A stretch of DNA of 43,299 nt from Bacilli bacterium (GTDB taxonomy: Bacteria > Bacillota_I > Bacilli_A > RF39 > UBA660). Below the pieces are notes generated by a model. The model made no database searches. It was given only the letters and a program-made list of their open reading frames with translations, and was not told where the DNA came from. The stretch's first letter is position 1. Every line of letters begins with the position of its first letter. This document shows, one piece after another, positions 9,547-19,184 of this stretch. The position numbers and the translations under genes were made by a program. The stretch is taken from assembly GCA_045580645.1 (NCBI GenBank), contig JAZNOG010000039.1, forward strand, positions 1 to 43,299, in the 5' to 3' direction.

Positions 9547-10410
9547 ATGAAAAAAATAATAACAATTTTAATAACTATAATTATACTAATCGGCACTACT
9601 GGATGTATAAAAAGAGATAAAATGGAAGATATCAACATAATAACCACAATATATCCACTTGAATATGTAATAAATAGACTTTATGGAGAAAGTTCTGACA
9701 TTACAAGTATTTATCCAAGAGGTATAACTATAAACGAATATGAATTTACTAATAAACAATTTGAAGATTTTAGTAAACAAGATTTATTTATATATAATGG
9801 AAAATCAGATGAAAGAGAATATGCAACAACAATGCTTAATATGAATAATGATTTAAAAATAATTGATGCATCTTATGGAATAGATATTATAAATAAAAAT
9901 ACAGACATCTGGTTAAATCCATCAAACATCTTAATGATTGCACAAAATATAAGAAATGAATTAAAAGAATTAATTACTAATCCATATATAATAAAAGAAA
10001 TAAATAACCAATATGATCTATTAAAAGTAGATATATCTGAACTAGATACAGAATACAAAAAAACTGCAGATAATAGCAGTGACAAAAGAATCATTAGTAG
10101 TGATGAAACACTAAAATTTTTAGAAAAATATGGTTTTACTGTTATTAATTTAACAGAAAACAAAGAAATCAAACAAAACAATTTAGAACTTGCTAAAAGC
10201 TTATTAAAAAACAAAGAATTAGAATATATCTTCATTTGTAATAACGTAAGTAGTGATACAATAAACAATCTAACTAAAAGCTATAACGCTAAAATAATAA
10301 ATTTTAAAACTGCTGAAATAATTACCGAAAAAGATATAGAAAACAATGAAGATTATTTATCAATCATGCATAATAATATTGAACTTTTAAAACAAGAAAC
10401 ATACCAATAA
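9547..10410 (+). CDS. ZnuA/PsaA/TroA-like (cluster A-I) solute-binding lipoprotein, orphan and with substituted metal ligands
   Basis: Signal peptide with lipobox (LIGTTGC). The backbone matches PsaA/ZnuA by eye (TTIYPLEYV, DLFIYNG, DIWLNPSN..IAQNI, EDYLSIMHNNIELL). No ABC ATPase or permease is adjacent. Confidence 0.65.
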   Translation: MKKIITILITIIILIGTTGCIKRDKMEDINIITTIYPLEYVINRLYGESSDITSIYPRGITINEYEFTNKQFEDFSKQDLFIYNGKSDEREYATTMLNMNNDLKIIDASYGIDIINKNTDIWLNPSNILMIAQNIRNELKELITNPYIIKEINNQYDLLKVDISELDTEYKKTADNSSDKRIISSDETLKFLEKYGFTVINLTENKEIKQNNLELAKSLLKNKELEYIFICNNVSSDTINNLTKSYNAKIINFKTAEIITEKDIENNEDYLSIMHNNIELLKQETYQ

Positions 10411-10437
10411 AATAAAGACTAAATGTCTTTTTTTATT

Positions 10438-10470
10438 ACAAAAAAAACTAATCAATTATACTTGATTAGT
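10438..10470 (-). terminator. Intrinsic terminator of the Zn-ribbon/DUF4352 gene
   Basis: actaatcaa (10447-10455) pairs perfectly with ttgattagt (10462-10470). The stop codon sits in the loop, and a T-run follows on the minus strand. Confidence 0.7.
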
Positions 10471-11382
10471 TTCATCTTCTTTTACATCAATTTTTATTGA
10501 AAATACAGGCTTGACTTTTTCTTCCTCCAAAATATCATTATTTTCATTTTTTGTTTCTAACGAAACATTTTCCTCTTTATACTCATAATAATTAAGCATT
10601 AAACCATTATCACCAATAGGTTCTTCAAATACAATAGAACCAGTTTTTTTACCTCCTATTACTAAATTACCACTATATAAAGCAGTAGAAACATTTACAG
10701 GAGTAAATATTCTATTTTTTTCTTCTCCTAAAGAATTAATCATCTTCCAATCCTTATAACTATATCTAACCTTTTGATCAGAATCATTTTCAAACTCAAT
10801 TGTTACAACCACATATTGATTTCCTTCTTTAGGTTTTTTATAATCAGTCCCCATAGAAGTCCAAACATCAGAAACTTGATAAATAACATCTTTATATTTT
10901 ATCTTATCTCCTTGTTTAAAAACATTGTTATATGTTCCTTCCTTTACAACATTAATATTTCCGATATTAAATAACTTGCTTATACCAAATATAATAAAAT
11001 AAACAATAACAAAAACTATTAAAACAAAAACACAAATTTTTATTATTTTCTTTATTTTTAAATTTCTAACCTCTTTTTTAGTTTTAACTTTACGAGCCAA
11101 AACCTTATTCTTTTTTTTATACTTTTTAATACATTCTTTTATAGAAAATTTATTTCTTTTATTTTCTTTATTTTTTTCCTTTTTCGAATCAATTTGTTTT
11201 TTTACCAATGTATTTTCATTATTTTTTATAATATCATTCTGTTTATTAATTTTATTTTCTTTAACTACAGGTTTTTTAGATTCTTCTTTAATTATTCTAC
11301 ATTTAGTAACATCAGCACCACAATATCTACAAATCTTAGATTTATTTGCGACCTTCTTTTTACACTTCTTACAAACCTTCAT
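10456..11382 (-). CDS. Zinc-ribbon, Lys-rich linker, TM and DUF4352-like extracellular domain protein
   Basis: N-terminal CKKCKKKV..CRYCGADV zinc ribbon, one TM helix (IIKICVFVLIVFVIVYFIIFGI), and a C-terminal stretch GNQYVVVTIEFEN...GGKKTGSIVFE typical of DUF4352. Confidence 0.7.
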   Translation of the reverse strand: MKVCKKCKKKVANKSKICRYCGADVTKCRIIKEESKKPVVKENKINKQNDIIKNNENTLVKKQIDSKKEKNKENKRNKFSIKECIKKYKKKNKVLARKVKTKKEVRNLKIKKIIKICVFVLIVFVIVYFIIFGISKLFNIGNINVVKEGTYNNVFKQGDKIKYKDVIYQVSDVWTSMGTDYKKPKEGNQYVVVTIEFENDSDQKVRYSYKDWKMINSLGEEKNRIFTPVNVSTALYSGNLVIGGKKTGSIVFEEPIGDNGLMLNYYEYKEENVSLETKNENNDILEEEKVKPVFSIKIDVKEDETNQV

Positions 11383-11480
11383 AAAATATTAACCTCCCAG
11401 TATAAATATATTTGGCAAAACAAATAATCTAGCAAAATTATATCACAATTTTAAAAAAAAGTCATTAAACTTAAAACAAA

Positions 11481-12980
11481 TTATATAATTTCTACAATAG
11501 AATTATCCATTTCTAAAGGTTTTTCAACACCCATTATATATAAAATAGAAGGAGCTATATTACTTAAACTACCATTTTTAACCTTATAATTTCTATCACA
11601 AACAATAAAATGAACTAAATTAGTAGTATGTGTAGTTAAAACTTCATTATTTGGGCCTATCATTTCCTCACAATTACCATGATCAGCAGTAACTAACAAG
11701 ATAAAATCATTAGAAATAGCAAGTTCATAAAGCATTCCCAAACACTTATCAACTTCCTCAACCCCTCTTACAGCAGCATCAAAATTACCCGTATGACCAA
11801 CCATATCACCATTTGCTAAATTAACACATATAAAATCATAATTCTCTATTAATGAAGATATTTTTAAAACTACATCTCTAGAACTCATTTCTGGAGCTAA
11901 ATCATATGTTTTTACATCTTTTCTGTCTATCTTTATTTTATCAGTTAAAGAAAAATAAACATCTTTATCTCCATCTAAAAAATGAGTTACATGTGGAAAC
12001 TTAGCTTCCTCTGCTATTCTTAAAACTCTAAGTTTATTATTAAATAATACCTCTCCCAACGTATTGTTAACAACTTCATGTTTAAAAATAGAAGCACATT
12101 TAATCTTATCACTTATAGGCATCATAGTAATAACCTTTAAATTGTCCATTTTTTTAATTTCAAATTCACTAAAATTTTCATCAGTTAAAGATAAAGCAAG
12201 TTGAACTAAACGATCTGGTCTAAAATTAGCAATCAAAAAACAATCATTAGAAGAAACAATTCCATTTATATCAACAATAGTAGGCAAAACAAATTCATCA
12301 AAAACACCTTTTTCATACGAAGAACTTATTATATTATTAATATCACCATTTAATACCCCTTCCCCTTTTACAATAGCATCATAATATAATTTCGTTCTTT
12401 CCCAAATATTTTCCCTATCCATTGCATAATATCTTCCAGAAATACTTGCAATTTTTCCAATACCTATTTTATTTAAATAATCACCTAAATCATTCAAATA
12501 ATTTAAAGCAACATTAGGAAGAGTATCTCTTCCATCAAGCACTACATGAATAAATAAATCAGTAACACCCTTCTCTTTTAAAGCAGATATTAAACTATAT
12601 ACATGACTTATATGAGAATGCACTCCACCATCTGATAACAAAGCAAATATATGGAATTTAGAGTTTTTTTCCTTAACATAGCTAATAGCATCATCTAAAA
12701 CACTATTATTAGATAGTTCTCCATTTTCAATACTCCTACTTATCTTTTCCAAAGTTTGAAGCACAACCCTTCCAGCACCAATAGTTAAATGTCCTACTTC
12801 GGAATTACCCATTTGCCCTTTAGGAAGACCCACTGCTTCACCACTTGCTTCCAATAAAGAATTAGGAAAAGTATTAAGAAACATATCTAAATTCAAAGTA
12901 TTTGCAGCCCTTACAGCATTTCCAAAAACATTTTCACTATAGCCTACCCCATCCAGAATAGCAAGCATTACCTTTTTCAT
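11481..12980 (-). CDS. gpmI: 2,3-bisphosphoglycerate-independent phosphoglycerate mutase
   Basis: AILDGVGYS, GNSEVGHLTIGAGR and TADHGNCE motifs; about 500 aa. Confidence 0.95.
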   Translation of the reverse strand: MKKVMLAILDGVGYSENVFGNAVRAANTLNLDMFLNTFPNSLLEASGEAVGLPKGQMGNSEVGHLTIGAGRVVLQTLEKISRSIENGELSNNSVLDDAISYVKEKNSKFHIFALLSDGGVHSHISHVYSLISALKEKGVTDLFIHVVLDGRDTLPNVALNYLNDLGDYLNKIGIGKIASISGRYYAMDRENIWERTKLYYDAIVKGEGVLNGDINNIISSSYEKGVFDEFVLPTIVDINGIVSSNDCFLIANFRPDRLVQLALSLTDENFSEFEIKKMDNLKVITMMPISDKIKCASIFKHEVVNNTLGEVLFNNKLRVLRIAEEAKFPHVTHFLDGDKDVYFSLTDKIKIDRKDVKTYDLAPEMSSRDVVLKISSLIENYDFICVNLANGDMVGHTGNFDAAVRGVEEVDKCLGMLYELAISNDFILLVTADHGNCEEMIGPNNEVLTTHTTNLVHFIVCDRNYKVKNGSLSNIAPSILYIMGVEKPLEMDNSIVEII

Positions 12981-12984
12981 AAAA

Positions 12985-14256
12985 TCACATACCCTCTGTT
13001 ATACAAAATGCAGCATAATAAGGAATATACTTAACATTTTTAACCATCTTAAAATTCATATCTCCAAATCTAATTGCATTATCTAAATTAAACTTATTCA
13101 TGGTAAGAACTAAACTCTTAGACTTAGTTTTATCATCACCATGAAGTATTTCCATTAAAACTATTTTTCCAGTTCTAGTTTGAACAACTATATCAACTTC
13201 TGCCTTTCCTTCAGAATGATAATGATATATATTAAAACCATTTTGATGAAGTGTAGATACTATATTATTTTCATATAAAACTTCAATTAATTTATTATTT
13301 GTAACAAGTCTATTAGCATTTATATTCATTTTTTTATATAAAAGTCCAGAATCAATGAAATATAACTTAAAATTATCCTCATCCTTAATATTACTTAAAG
13401 GAGAAGTCAAACTAGATAAACGAGAACTTTTTATTAGCATATTATTTTGTTCCATAAATGTAATAGAACCCTCATATTCTTTTGCTCGTGCCCCAGATTT
13501 TATAAGTCCATATTGAAATTTTTTATTATCCTTAAGCAATTGAATCGCCATATTATCATAAACTTCGTTACTACGTTTTATATCAATTAAATTGTCTAAA
13601 CTAAATAATTTATATCTAAATAATTTTGCGTTTTTATCTTGAACAGCACTTAACAAATTATAATCAGCATTATTATGAAACTCTATAATAGCATTTGGAT
13701 ATCCACCAGTTACAATATAATCATTATAAATATCCATAGCAAGACTATGGAAAGGCATAGCTTTGTTATTTTTAAATGACTCTATAATAAATTCAATCAA
13801 TTGTTCTTTTCCAACATATTTTAAATATTCAGGAAAAGAAACCAAAGACATTCTCTTAATACTAACATTTTCTATTTTATTTTTATTTATTAAAGAAATA
13901 TTGTTAGTAATCATAATTACATGATAAGATGAATCATTAAATATTTTTTTAACCATATTTAAAACCTTTTCAGTAACATTATCAAAAACAATTAAACTCT
14001 CTTCCCTTAAAACAGTTTCCAAACTAATTGCAGAAAGCCCCCTAATAAACTTATCTAAAGTAGTATTTTTATCAATAATATAACTAAGTTCCAAGTTTTT
14101 TTCACAATCAAAATAAATGATATTTTTATACTCATTCTTTCCATAGTCTAATACTGAATATGTTTTTCCACAACCATTTATCCCATAAAGCAAAATAGGT
14201 TTCTTATTATTATCTAATTTCCATTTTAGTAATTCATCAGTAATTTTTCGTTCCAT
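12985..14256 (-). CDS. AAA_14/DUF4143-type ATPase of unknown function
   Basis: Walker A (LLYGINGCGKTY), a Walker-B-like LIVFDNV, and a C-terminal restriction-endonuclease-like/DUF4143-type region (AEVDIVV...). It ends with a TGA stop 4 nt before the gpmI ATG. Confidence 0.7.
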   Translation of the reverse strand: MERKITDELLKWKLDNNKKPILLYGINGCGKTYSVLDYGKNEYKNIIYFDCEKNLELSYIIDKNTTLDKFIRGLSAISLETVLREESLIVFDNVTEKVLNMVKKIFNDSSYHVIMITNNISLINKNKIENVSIKRMSLVSFPEYLKYVGKEQLIEFIIESFKNNKAMPFHSLAMDIYNDYIVTGGYPNAIIEFHNNADYNLLSAVQDKNAKLFRYKLFSLDNLIDIKRSNEVYDNMAIQLLKDNKKFQYGLIKSGARAKEYEGSITFMEQNNMLIKSSRLSSLTSPLSNIKDEDNFKLYFIDSGLLYKKMNINANRLVTNNKLIEVLYENNIVSTLHQNGFNIYHYHSEGKAEVDIVVQTRTGKIVLMEILHGDDKTKSKSLVLTMNKFNLDNAIRFGDMNFKMVKNVKYIPYYAAFCITEGM

Positions 14257-14289
14257 AAATTGTTTCCTCCAATCGTTATTCTTAACCTA

Positions 14290-14318
14290 ATTATAAAATA
14301 ACTAAAAAAAATAGTCAA
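14290..14318 (-). promoter_or_regulatory. Sigma-A promoter for the ATPase-gpmI unit
   Basis: On the minus strand: TTGACT (14318-14313), 17 nt, TATAAT (14295-14290). Confidence 0.6.
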
Positions 14319-14320
14319 TG

Positions 14321-14355
14321 ATAAAAAAAATAAAAAAAATGATATTTCTATCATT
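14321..14355 (-). terminator. Intrinsic terminator of spo0A
   Basis: aatgata pairs with tatcatt (14338-14355) immediately after the stop codon, followed by a long T-run on the minus strand. Confidence 0.7.
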
Positions 14356-15126
14356 TTAAACTACTACTTTTCTAAATTCTAAACGAAGTTTATCAGCAAT
14401 GGTTACTATAAATTCTGAATTTGTAGGTTTAGCTTTATCAATATCAACACTATGTCCAAATATACTTTCCATCAAATCCCAATTACCTCTATTCCAACTA
14501 ACTTCAATAGCGTGTCTTATCGCACGTTCTACACGTGAAACTGTTGTTTCATACTTATCCGCTATTTCAGGATATAGTTCCTTTGTTATACCACCAATAA
14601 CATCAGGTCTTTCATATATTATCATAATACCTTCCCTAATATATTGATAACCCTTAATATGTGAAGGCACACCTAATTCATGTAAGATATTTGTAATAGA
14701 AATTTGTAAATTATGATGATATAAATTTATAGACTTATTTTCATATTGACTCATATCCCCAAGTTCTAATATTCTTTTTTCAAGTTCTGGAAGTTCAAAA
14801 GGCTTCAATATAAAATAATTAACACCAAATTCAGAAACCTTTCTAATCATATCTTGTGTATTATAAGAAGTTAAAACTATTACCTTTTTAGATAAATTCA
14901 TTTTATTTATCTCTTCTAAAACAGCAAGACCATCTTTTCTTGGCATAATTAAATCCAACAAAATAATATCAAAATTATTCATATTAGATTTTATTGATTC
15001 TAAACATTCCTCCCCATCATGTGCAACCATCGAAACTTCTATATTTGCGTGACTACTAAAATACTCCTTAACCATTGTGACAAGTTCAACATTGTCATCA
15101 ACTACAAAAAGTTTTATTTTTTCCAT
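14356..15126 (-). CDS. spo0A: Sporulation master response regulator Spo0A
   Basis: Receiver domain ([17 protein letters not shown]) plus the diagnostic Spo0A_C stretch [19 protein letters not shown]...[20 protein letters not shown]. Confidence 0.95.
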   Translation of the reverse strand: MEKIKLFVVDDNVELVTMVKEYFSSHANIEVSMVAHDGEECLESIKSNMNNFDIILLDLIMPRKDGLAVLEEINKMNLSKKVIVLTSYNTQDMIRKVSEFGVNYFILKPFELPELEKRILELGDMSQYENKSINLYHHNLQISITNILHELGVPSHIKGYQYIREGIMIIYERPDVIGGITKELYPEIADKYETTVSRVERAIRHAIEVSWNRGNWDLMESIFGHSVDIDKAKPTNSEFIVTIADKLRLEFRKVVV

Positions 15127-15169
15127 TCTATTCTCCCTTCATATACTACCACGCAATTTTATTTTACAA

Positions 15170-15224
15170 CAAAAAAAGATTAAATTCTAGAGTATATTTT
15201 ATCTAACTTTGTCGAATTTAATCT
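15170..15224 (-). terminator. Long-stem terminator after tpiA, containing a Spo0A box
   Basis: There are perfect 11-bp arms, agattaaattc (15177-15187) and gaatttaatct (15214-15224), with a T7 run on the minus strand. TTTGTCGAA (15208-15216) contains the 0A-box core TGTCGAA (15210-15216). Confidence 0.6.
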
Positions 15225-15232
15225 TTCTATAA

Positions 15233-15943
15233 CTATTTTACACTATTTAACAAGTTTATAACCTTCGTAGAGTCAGAACTAATCTTTCCTAATAAATAAC
15301 CATCTAATATTTTTATTTTTTCAATAGTCTTAATATTTTTTTCATCAACACTACCACCATATAACACTTTTACATTTACATTATGTGCTCTATAAATAGC
15401 ATTTTTTATCAAATCAACTACTTCAAAAATTTCATCATTAGTAAGAATTTCTCCAGTTCCAATAGCCCAGATAGGTTCATAAGCAAAAACAATATCAGAA
15501 CCAACCTCAACACCACGCAAATATTCTTTAAGTTGTTTCAATATAACATCAGCAGTTTTTTTCATATCTCTTTCTTCTTTAGTTTCTCCAACACAAACAA
15601 TTGGAACAATATTATTAGAAATTGCCTCTTTTATCTTAGAATTTATCATTTTACTACTTTCGTTTAAAAGAAGTTTTCTTTCACTATGACCAACAATAAC
15701 ATATTTTACTCCAATTGATCTAAGTTGAAACCCAGAAACCTCTCCAGTGACAAAACTACTAGATAAATTCTGTGCTCCAAGTTTAAAATTATATTTTCCT
15801 ACAAAAAATGGAATATATATATCACTTGGACATATAACAACATCAATATCTGTCCTAATACTATCTTTAATATCTTTAATATAATCTTTAATACCATAAA
15901 AATCTAAATACATTTTATGATTAAATACAACTAATTTCTTCAT
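15233..15943 (-). CDS. tpiA: Triose-phosphate isomerase
   Basis: VGHSERK and AYEPIWAIGTG motifs. The start is set at MKKLVVFNHK (15943). Confidence 0.93.
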   Translation of the reverse strand: MKKLVVFNHKMYLDFYGIKDYIKDIKDSIRTDIDVVICPSDIYIPFFVGKYNFKLGAQNLSSSFVTGEVSGFQLRSIGVKYVIVGHSERKLLLNESSKMINSKIKEAISNNIVPIVCVGETKEERDMKKTADVILKQLKEYLRGVEVGSDIVFAYEPIWAIGTGEILTNDEIFEVVDLIKNAIYRAHNVNVKVLYGGSVDEKNIKTIEKIKILDGYLLGKISSDSTKVINLLNSVK

Positions 15944-15950
15944 AATACCC

Positions 15951-17132
15951 CTACTTATCACTTATATTTTTAAGACCAGGCAAATCCTTATTAACGAGAT
16001 ATTCTAAAGTTGCCCCCCCTCCAGTAGAAAGGAAAGTAAACTTATCTTCATATCCCAAAACCTTAGCACAACTAACAATATCCCCACCACCTAAAATAGT
16101 AGTTTCAATATTATTAGATATAAAATCCATCAATTCCTTAGTGCCTTCCTTATATTTATCAAATTCATATACACCAAGTGGCCCATTCCAAAATAATGTT
16201 TTAACATTACTTAACTTCTCCTTAAACAACGATATGGTTGATGGTCCTATATCAAGACCCATAAAATTATCATCTACATTATTAATAGAAACAAGTATTT
16301 TTTCACAATCATTGGAAAATTCATTTGAACCATAAAAATCAACAGGCAAAACTATTTTTTCACCATATTTTGTTAATAACTGTTTACAAAAATCCAGTTG
16401 TTCTTCTTCAAAAATAGATTTACCAACATTATAACCTTTAGCTTTTAAAAATGTATACGCCATAGCGCCACCTATAAAAAGATAATCAACTTTTTCTATT
16501 AAAGCACTAATAACAGGTATTTTATCACTTATTTTAGAACCACCCATAACAACTGCAAAAAGCCTATTAGGATTATCAAGTTTATCAAGTTCTTTAAGTT
16601 CTTTTTCAATTAAAAAGCCTACACCAGAATCTAAATAAGTAGAAATTCCTAAATTAGAAGCATGTCCCCTATGAATTGTTCCAAAAGCATCATTTATAAA
16701 TATATCACCAAGAGATGCCCAAAATTTACCAAGTTGTTCATCATTAGAACTTTCCTTTTTACCATTTAAATCTTCAAACCTAGTATTTTCAAGTAAAATT
16801 GCCTCCCCAAATGAAATATTTTTTATTTCTCCTCTAATCTTATCATCACTAGTGTAAGGAACAAAAAGGACTTTATTAGGAATCAAATAATTAAGTTTAT
16901 CATATACAATTTTTAAACTATATTTTTCTTTATCCTCCATAGTTTTAACCTTACCAAAATGCGATAAAATAACTACTTTAGCATTATTATCAAGCAAATA
17001 CTTAATAGTCTTTAAACTAGATTCAATCCTAGTAGAATCTAGAATCTCTCCATTTTTTACACTTACATTAAAATCACATCTTAAAACAACAGTCTTTTTA
17101 TTTAAATTAAAATCTAAAATACTCTTTTTCAT
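15951..17132 (-). CDS. pgk: Phosphoglycerate kinase
   Basis: VLRCDFNV, a glycine-rich ATP site, and STGGGATLEYL at the C-terminus. Confidence 0.95.
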   Translation of the reverse strand: MKKSILDFNLNKKTVVLRCDFNVSVKNGEILDSTRIESSLKTIKYLLDNNAKVVILSHFGKVKTMEDKEKYSLKIVYDKLNYLIPNKVLFVPYTSDDKIRGEIKNISFGEAILLENTRFEDLNGKKESSNDEQLGKFWASLGDIFINDAFGTIHRGHASNLGISTYLDSGVGFLIEKELKELDKLDNPNRLFAVVMGGSKISDKIPVISALIEKVDYLFIGGAMAYTFLKAKGYNVGKSIFEEEQLDFCKQLLTKYGEKIVLPVDFYGSNEFSNDCEKILVSINNVDDNFMGLDIGPSTISLFKEKLSNVKTLFWNGPLGVYEFDKYKEGTKELMDFISNNIETTILGGGDIVSCAKVLGYEDKFTFLSTGGGATLEYLVNKDLPGLKNISDK

Positions 17133-17164
17133 AAATTCTCCTTTACTTTATAATAACACATTTA

Positions 17165-18349
17165 TTATTTTATATCACTAGAACTTCCTTTTTTAATAAC
17201 ATTAAAACCATATTTTTTATTTATATTATCTAAAACTTCATCTATCTTCTCTTCTTTTTCCCTATCAAAATTTTCAAATAAAGAAACTTGATAATTACAA
17301 GAAACACTTAAATCATCTAGTCTTACACCAATAAGTCTAACACTTTCACCTTTCCACATTTGATTTAATAATTCTACACAAACCTCATATATTTCTTTAC
17401 TATTATTTGTTCCATTTTTTATCTTTTTCTGATGAGATTTTCTCCTAAAATTACTATCCTTTAAAATAACACATATAACAGAAGCATATTTACCCTCATC
17501 CCTAAGTCTTTTACTTGTCTTATTAGCTAAAAAAAGTAAATGTGGTAAAAGATCCTTTTTTTCATCAATATCATAACTTAGTGTAATTTCATTACTAATT
17601 CCTTTAACCTCAGTAAAAGTTACTACCTCGCTATCATCTATTCCATTAGCGTGATCCTTTAAATCTCTATAACTATTTTTAAAATACTTAGACAACTTAT
17701 AACTATCATATAATGCTAAATCTCCAATAGTCTTAATTCCCATTGAAACTAACTTTTCACTTGTTTGCTTTCCAACCCCAAATAATTCTCCAATTGGTAA
17801 AATCCACATTTTTTCTTTTATTTCATGTTCATATAAAGTATGAACCTTATCAGGTTTTGAAAAATCAGATGCCATTTTTGCACATAATTTATTATTACCA
17901 ATACCTATATTCACTGAAAAACCAAGTTTTTCCTTAATTTCATCTTTAAGTTTATAAGCAAATTTTACCTCATCACCATAAAGACTCTTAACCTTTCCAT
18001 AATCCATGTAACATTCATCAATTGATGCCACTTCAATATCAGGTGAATAACTTTGAAGCAAAGAAAACAACATATCACTATATTTAGCATATAAATCATG
18101 ATTAGGAGGAAAAGTTTTTAAATTAGGACACTTTCTAAAAGCAGAATAAATAGTTTCTGCAGTAACAACCCCCATTTTCTTAGCAGGATTACTTTTAGCT
18201 AAAACTATTCCAGTTCTTGTTTCCTTAGAACCACATATAATAGAAGGAATATTTCTAATATCTTCTTTATAACCATTTTTTAGCATATCTACTGCAGTCC
18301 AAGATAAAAAAGCATTATTAACATCTATATGAAGTATTATTCTTTCCAT
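17165..18349 (-). CDS. dinB: DNA polymerase IV (Y-family)
   Basis: ILHIDVNNAF and SIDECYMD catalytic motifs, plus an HhH region LPIGELFGVGKQT. Confidence 0.9.
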   Translation of the reverse strand: MERIILHIDVNNAFLSWTAVDMLKNGYKEDIRNIPSIICGSKETRTGIVLAKSNPAKKMGVVTAETIYSAFRKCPNLKTFPPNHDLYAKYSDMLFSLLQSYSPDIEVASIDECYMDYGKVKSLYGDEVKFAYKLKDEIKEKLGFSVNIGIGNNKLCAKMASDFSKPDKVHTLYEHEIKEKMWILPIGELFGVGKQTSEKLVSMGIKTIGDLALYDSYKLSKYFKNSYRDLKDHANGIDDSEVVTFTEVKGISNEITLSYDIDEKKDLLPHLLFLANKTSKRLRDEGKYASVICVILKDSNFRRKSHQKKIKNGTNNSKEIYEVCVELLNQMWKGESVRLIGVRLDDLSVSCNYQVSLFENFDREKEEKIDEVLDNINKKYGFNVIKKGSSSDIK

Positions 18350-18409
18350 AAACATCACAATATAATTATAACAAATGTTCGTATAAAATTCCAGAAAAAA
18401 ATTACTTTT

Positions 18410-19111
18410 TTAAAGTAATTCTCTAACTCTACAAGAAGACCTATAATCTCCTCTTTCATTCTTTATATGTAAACTGAAATCATCTTGAACATCAGTTCTT
18501 ATCCTATCAAGTAATTTAATTAATTCCTCATGATTAAAATTAACATAAAGTCTATTAGTATCTAAATTATAATCAGTATAATTAGGAATTTTATTTGGAT
18601 TATACATATATATTGGTAAATAATAACTTTCATCAGTATACATAACAAAAAGCATACTATAATAACCCTTAATATCTATATTCATACTAGATTTATTGTA
18701 AAAATCTTTTGCAGTTTTTCTATTCAAGGCTTCTCCATATCTTAAAACACTTTCATCATCAAGCAAATGCATTATTTCACACACATATTCACTAGATATT
18801 TCATGTTTTTCAACATACCCCAAAGATTCACATGTTCTTTCCGGATCATATATTAATTGCTTTCCTGTAACATAATCAAACATTGAACCATTTTCTTCAT
18901 AACCTATTACAGGTAAAAAACCAGAAACATGAAAAGAACTATCCCTTCCTTTAGTCATCATCATAACTAAATCTGAAAATTCTTCCTTAAGTAAAGAAGA
19001 ATCAGGAAAATGATTATAATCACATCTTAAAACATCTCTTACTAAAGTATACTTATCAGAAGAAAACTCTCCAACATTTAATAATAAACAATAAAACATT
19101 TTATCTTTCAT
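18410..19111 (-). CDS. Hypothetical cytoplasmic protein (233 aa)
   Basis: A good SD (AAGGGTGG) precedes the ATG at 19111. No TM helix and no motif I recognise. Confidence 0.55.
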   Translation of the reverse strand: MKDKMFYCLLLNVGEFSSDKYTLVRDVLRCDYNHFPDSSLLKEEFSDLVMMMTKGRDSSFHVSGFLPVIGYEENGSMFDYVTGKQLIYDPERTCESLGYVEKHEISSEYVCEIMHLLDDESVLRYGEALNRKTAKDFYNKSSMNIDIKGYYSMLFVMYTDESYYLPIYMYNPNKIPNYTDYNLDTNRLYVNFNHEELIKLLDRIRTDVQDDFSLHIKNERGDYRSSCRVRELL

Positions 19112-19184
19112 AAAACCACCCTTTACGTAGTAATTATAGTATTACAAATCAAAAACAAAGTCAATAAAAAAATATGATATAAAA

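Noticed and set aside
9435-10268. Minus-strand ORFs 9435..9647, 9586..9780 and 9873..10268 opposite yidD and the SBP gene
   Set aside because: These are shadow ORFs antisense to genes with clear motifs and SDs. Their products are Ile/Phe/Leu-rich translations of an AT-rich complement.
15127-15232. Sigma-H type promoter upstream of spo0A (as for Ps in B. subtilis)
   Set aside because: AGATAAA and GAAT elements are present, but their spacing (about 7-10 nt) does not fit the sigma-H pattern as I recall it (RNAGGAWWW-N11/12-RNNGAAT), and the -35 lacks AGGA. I therefore make no claim beyond the 0A box.
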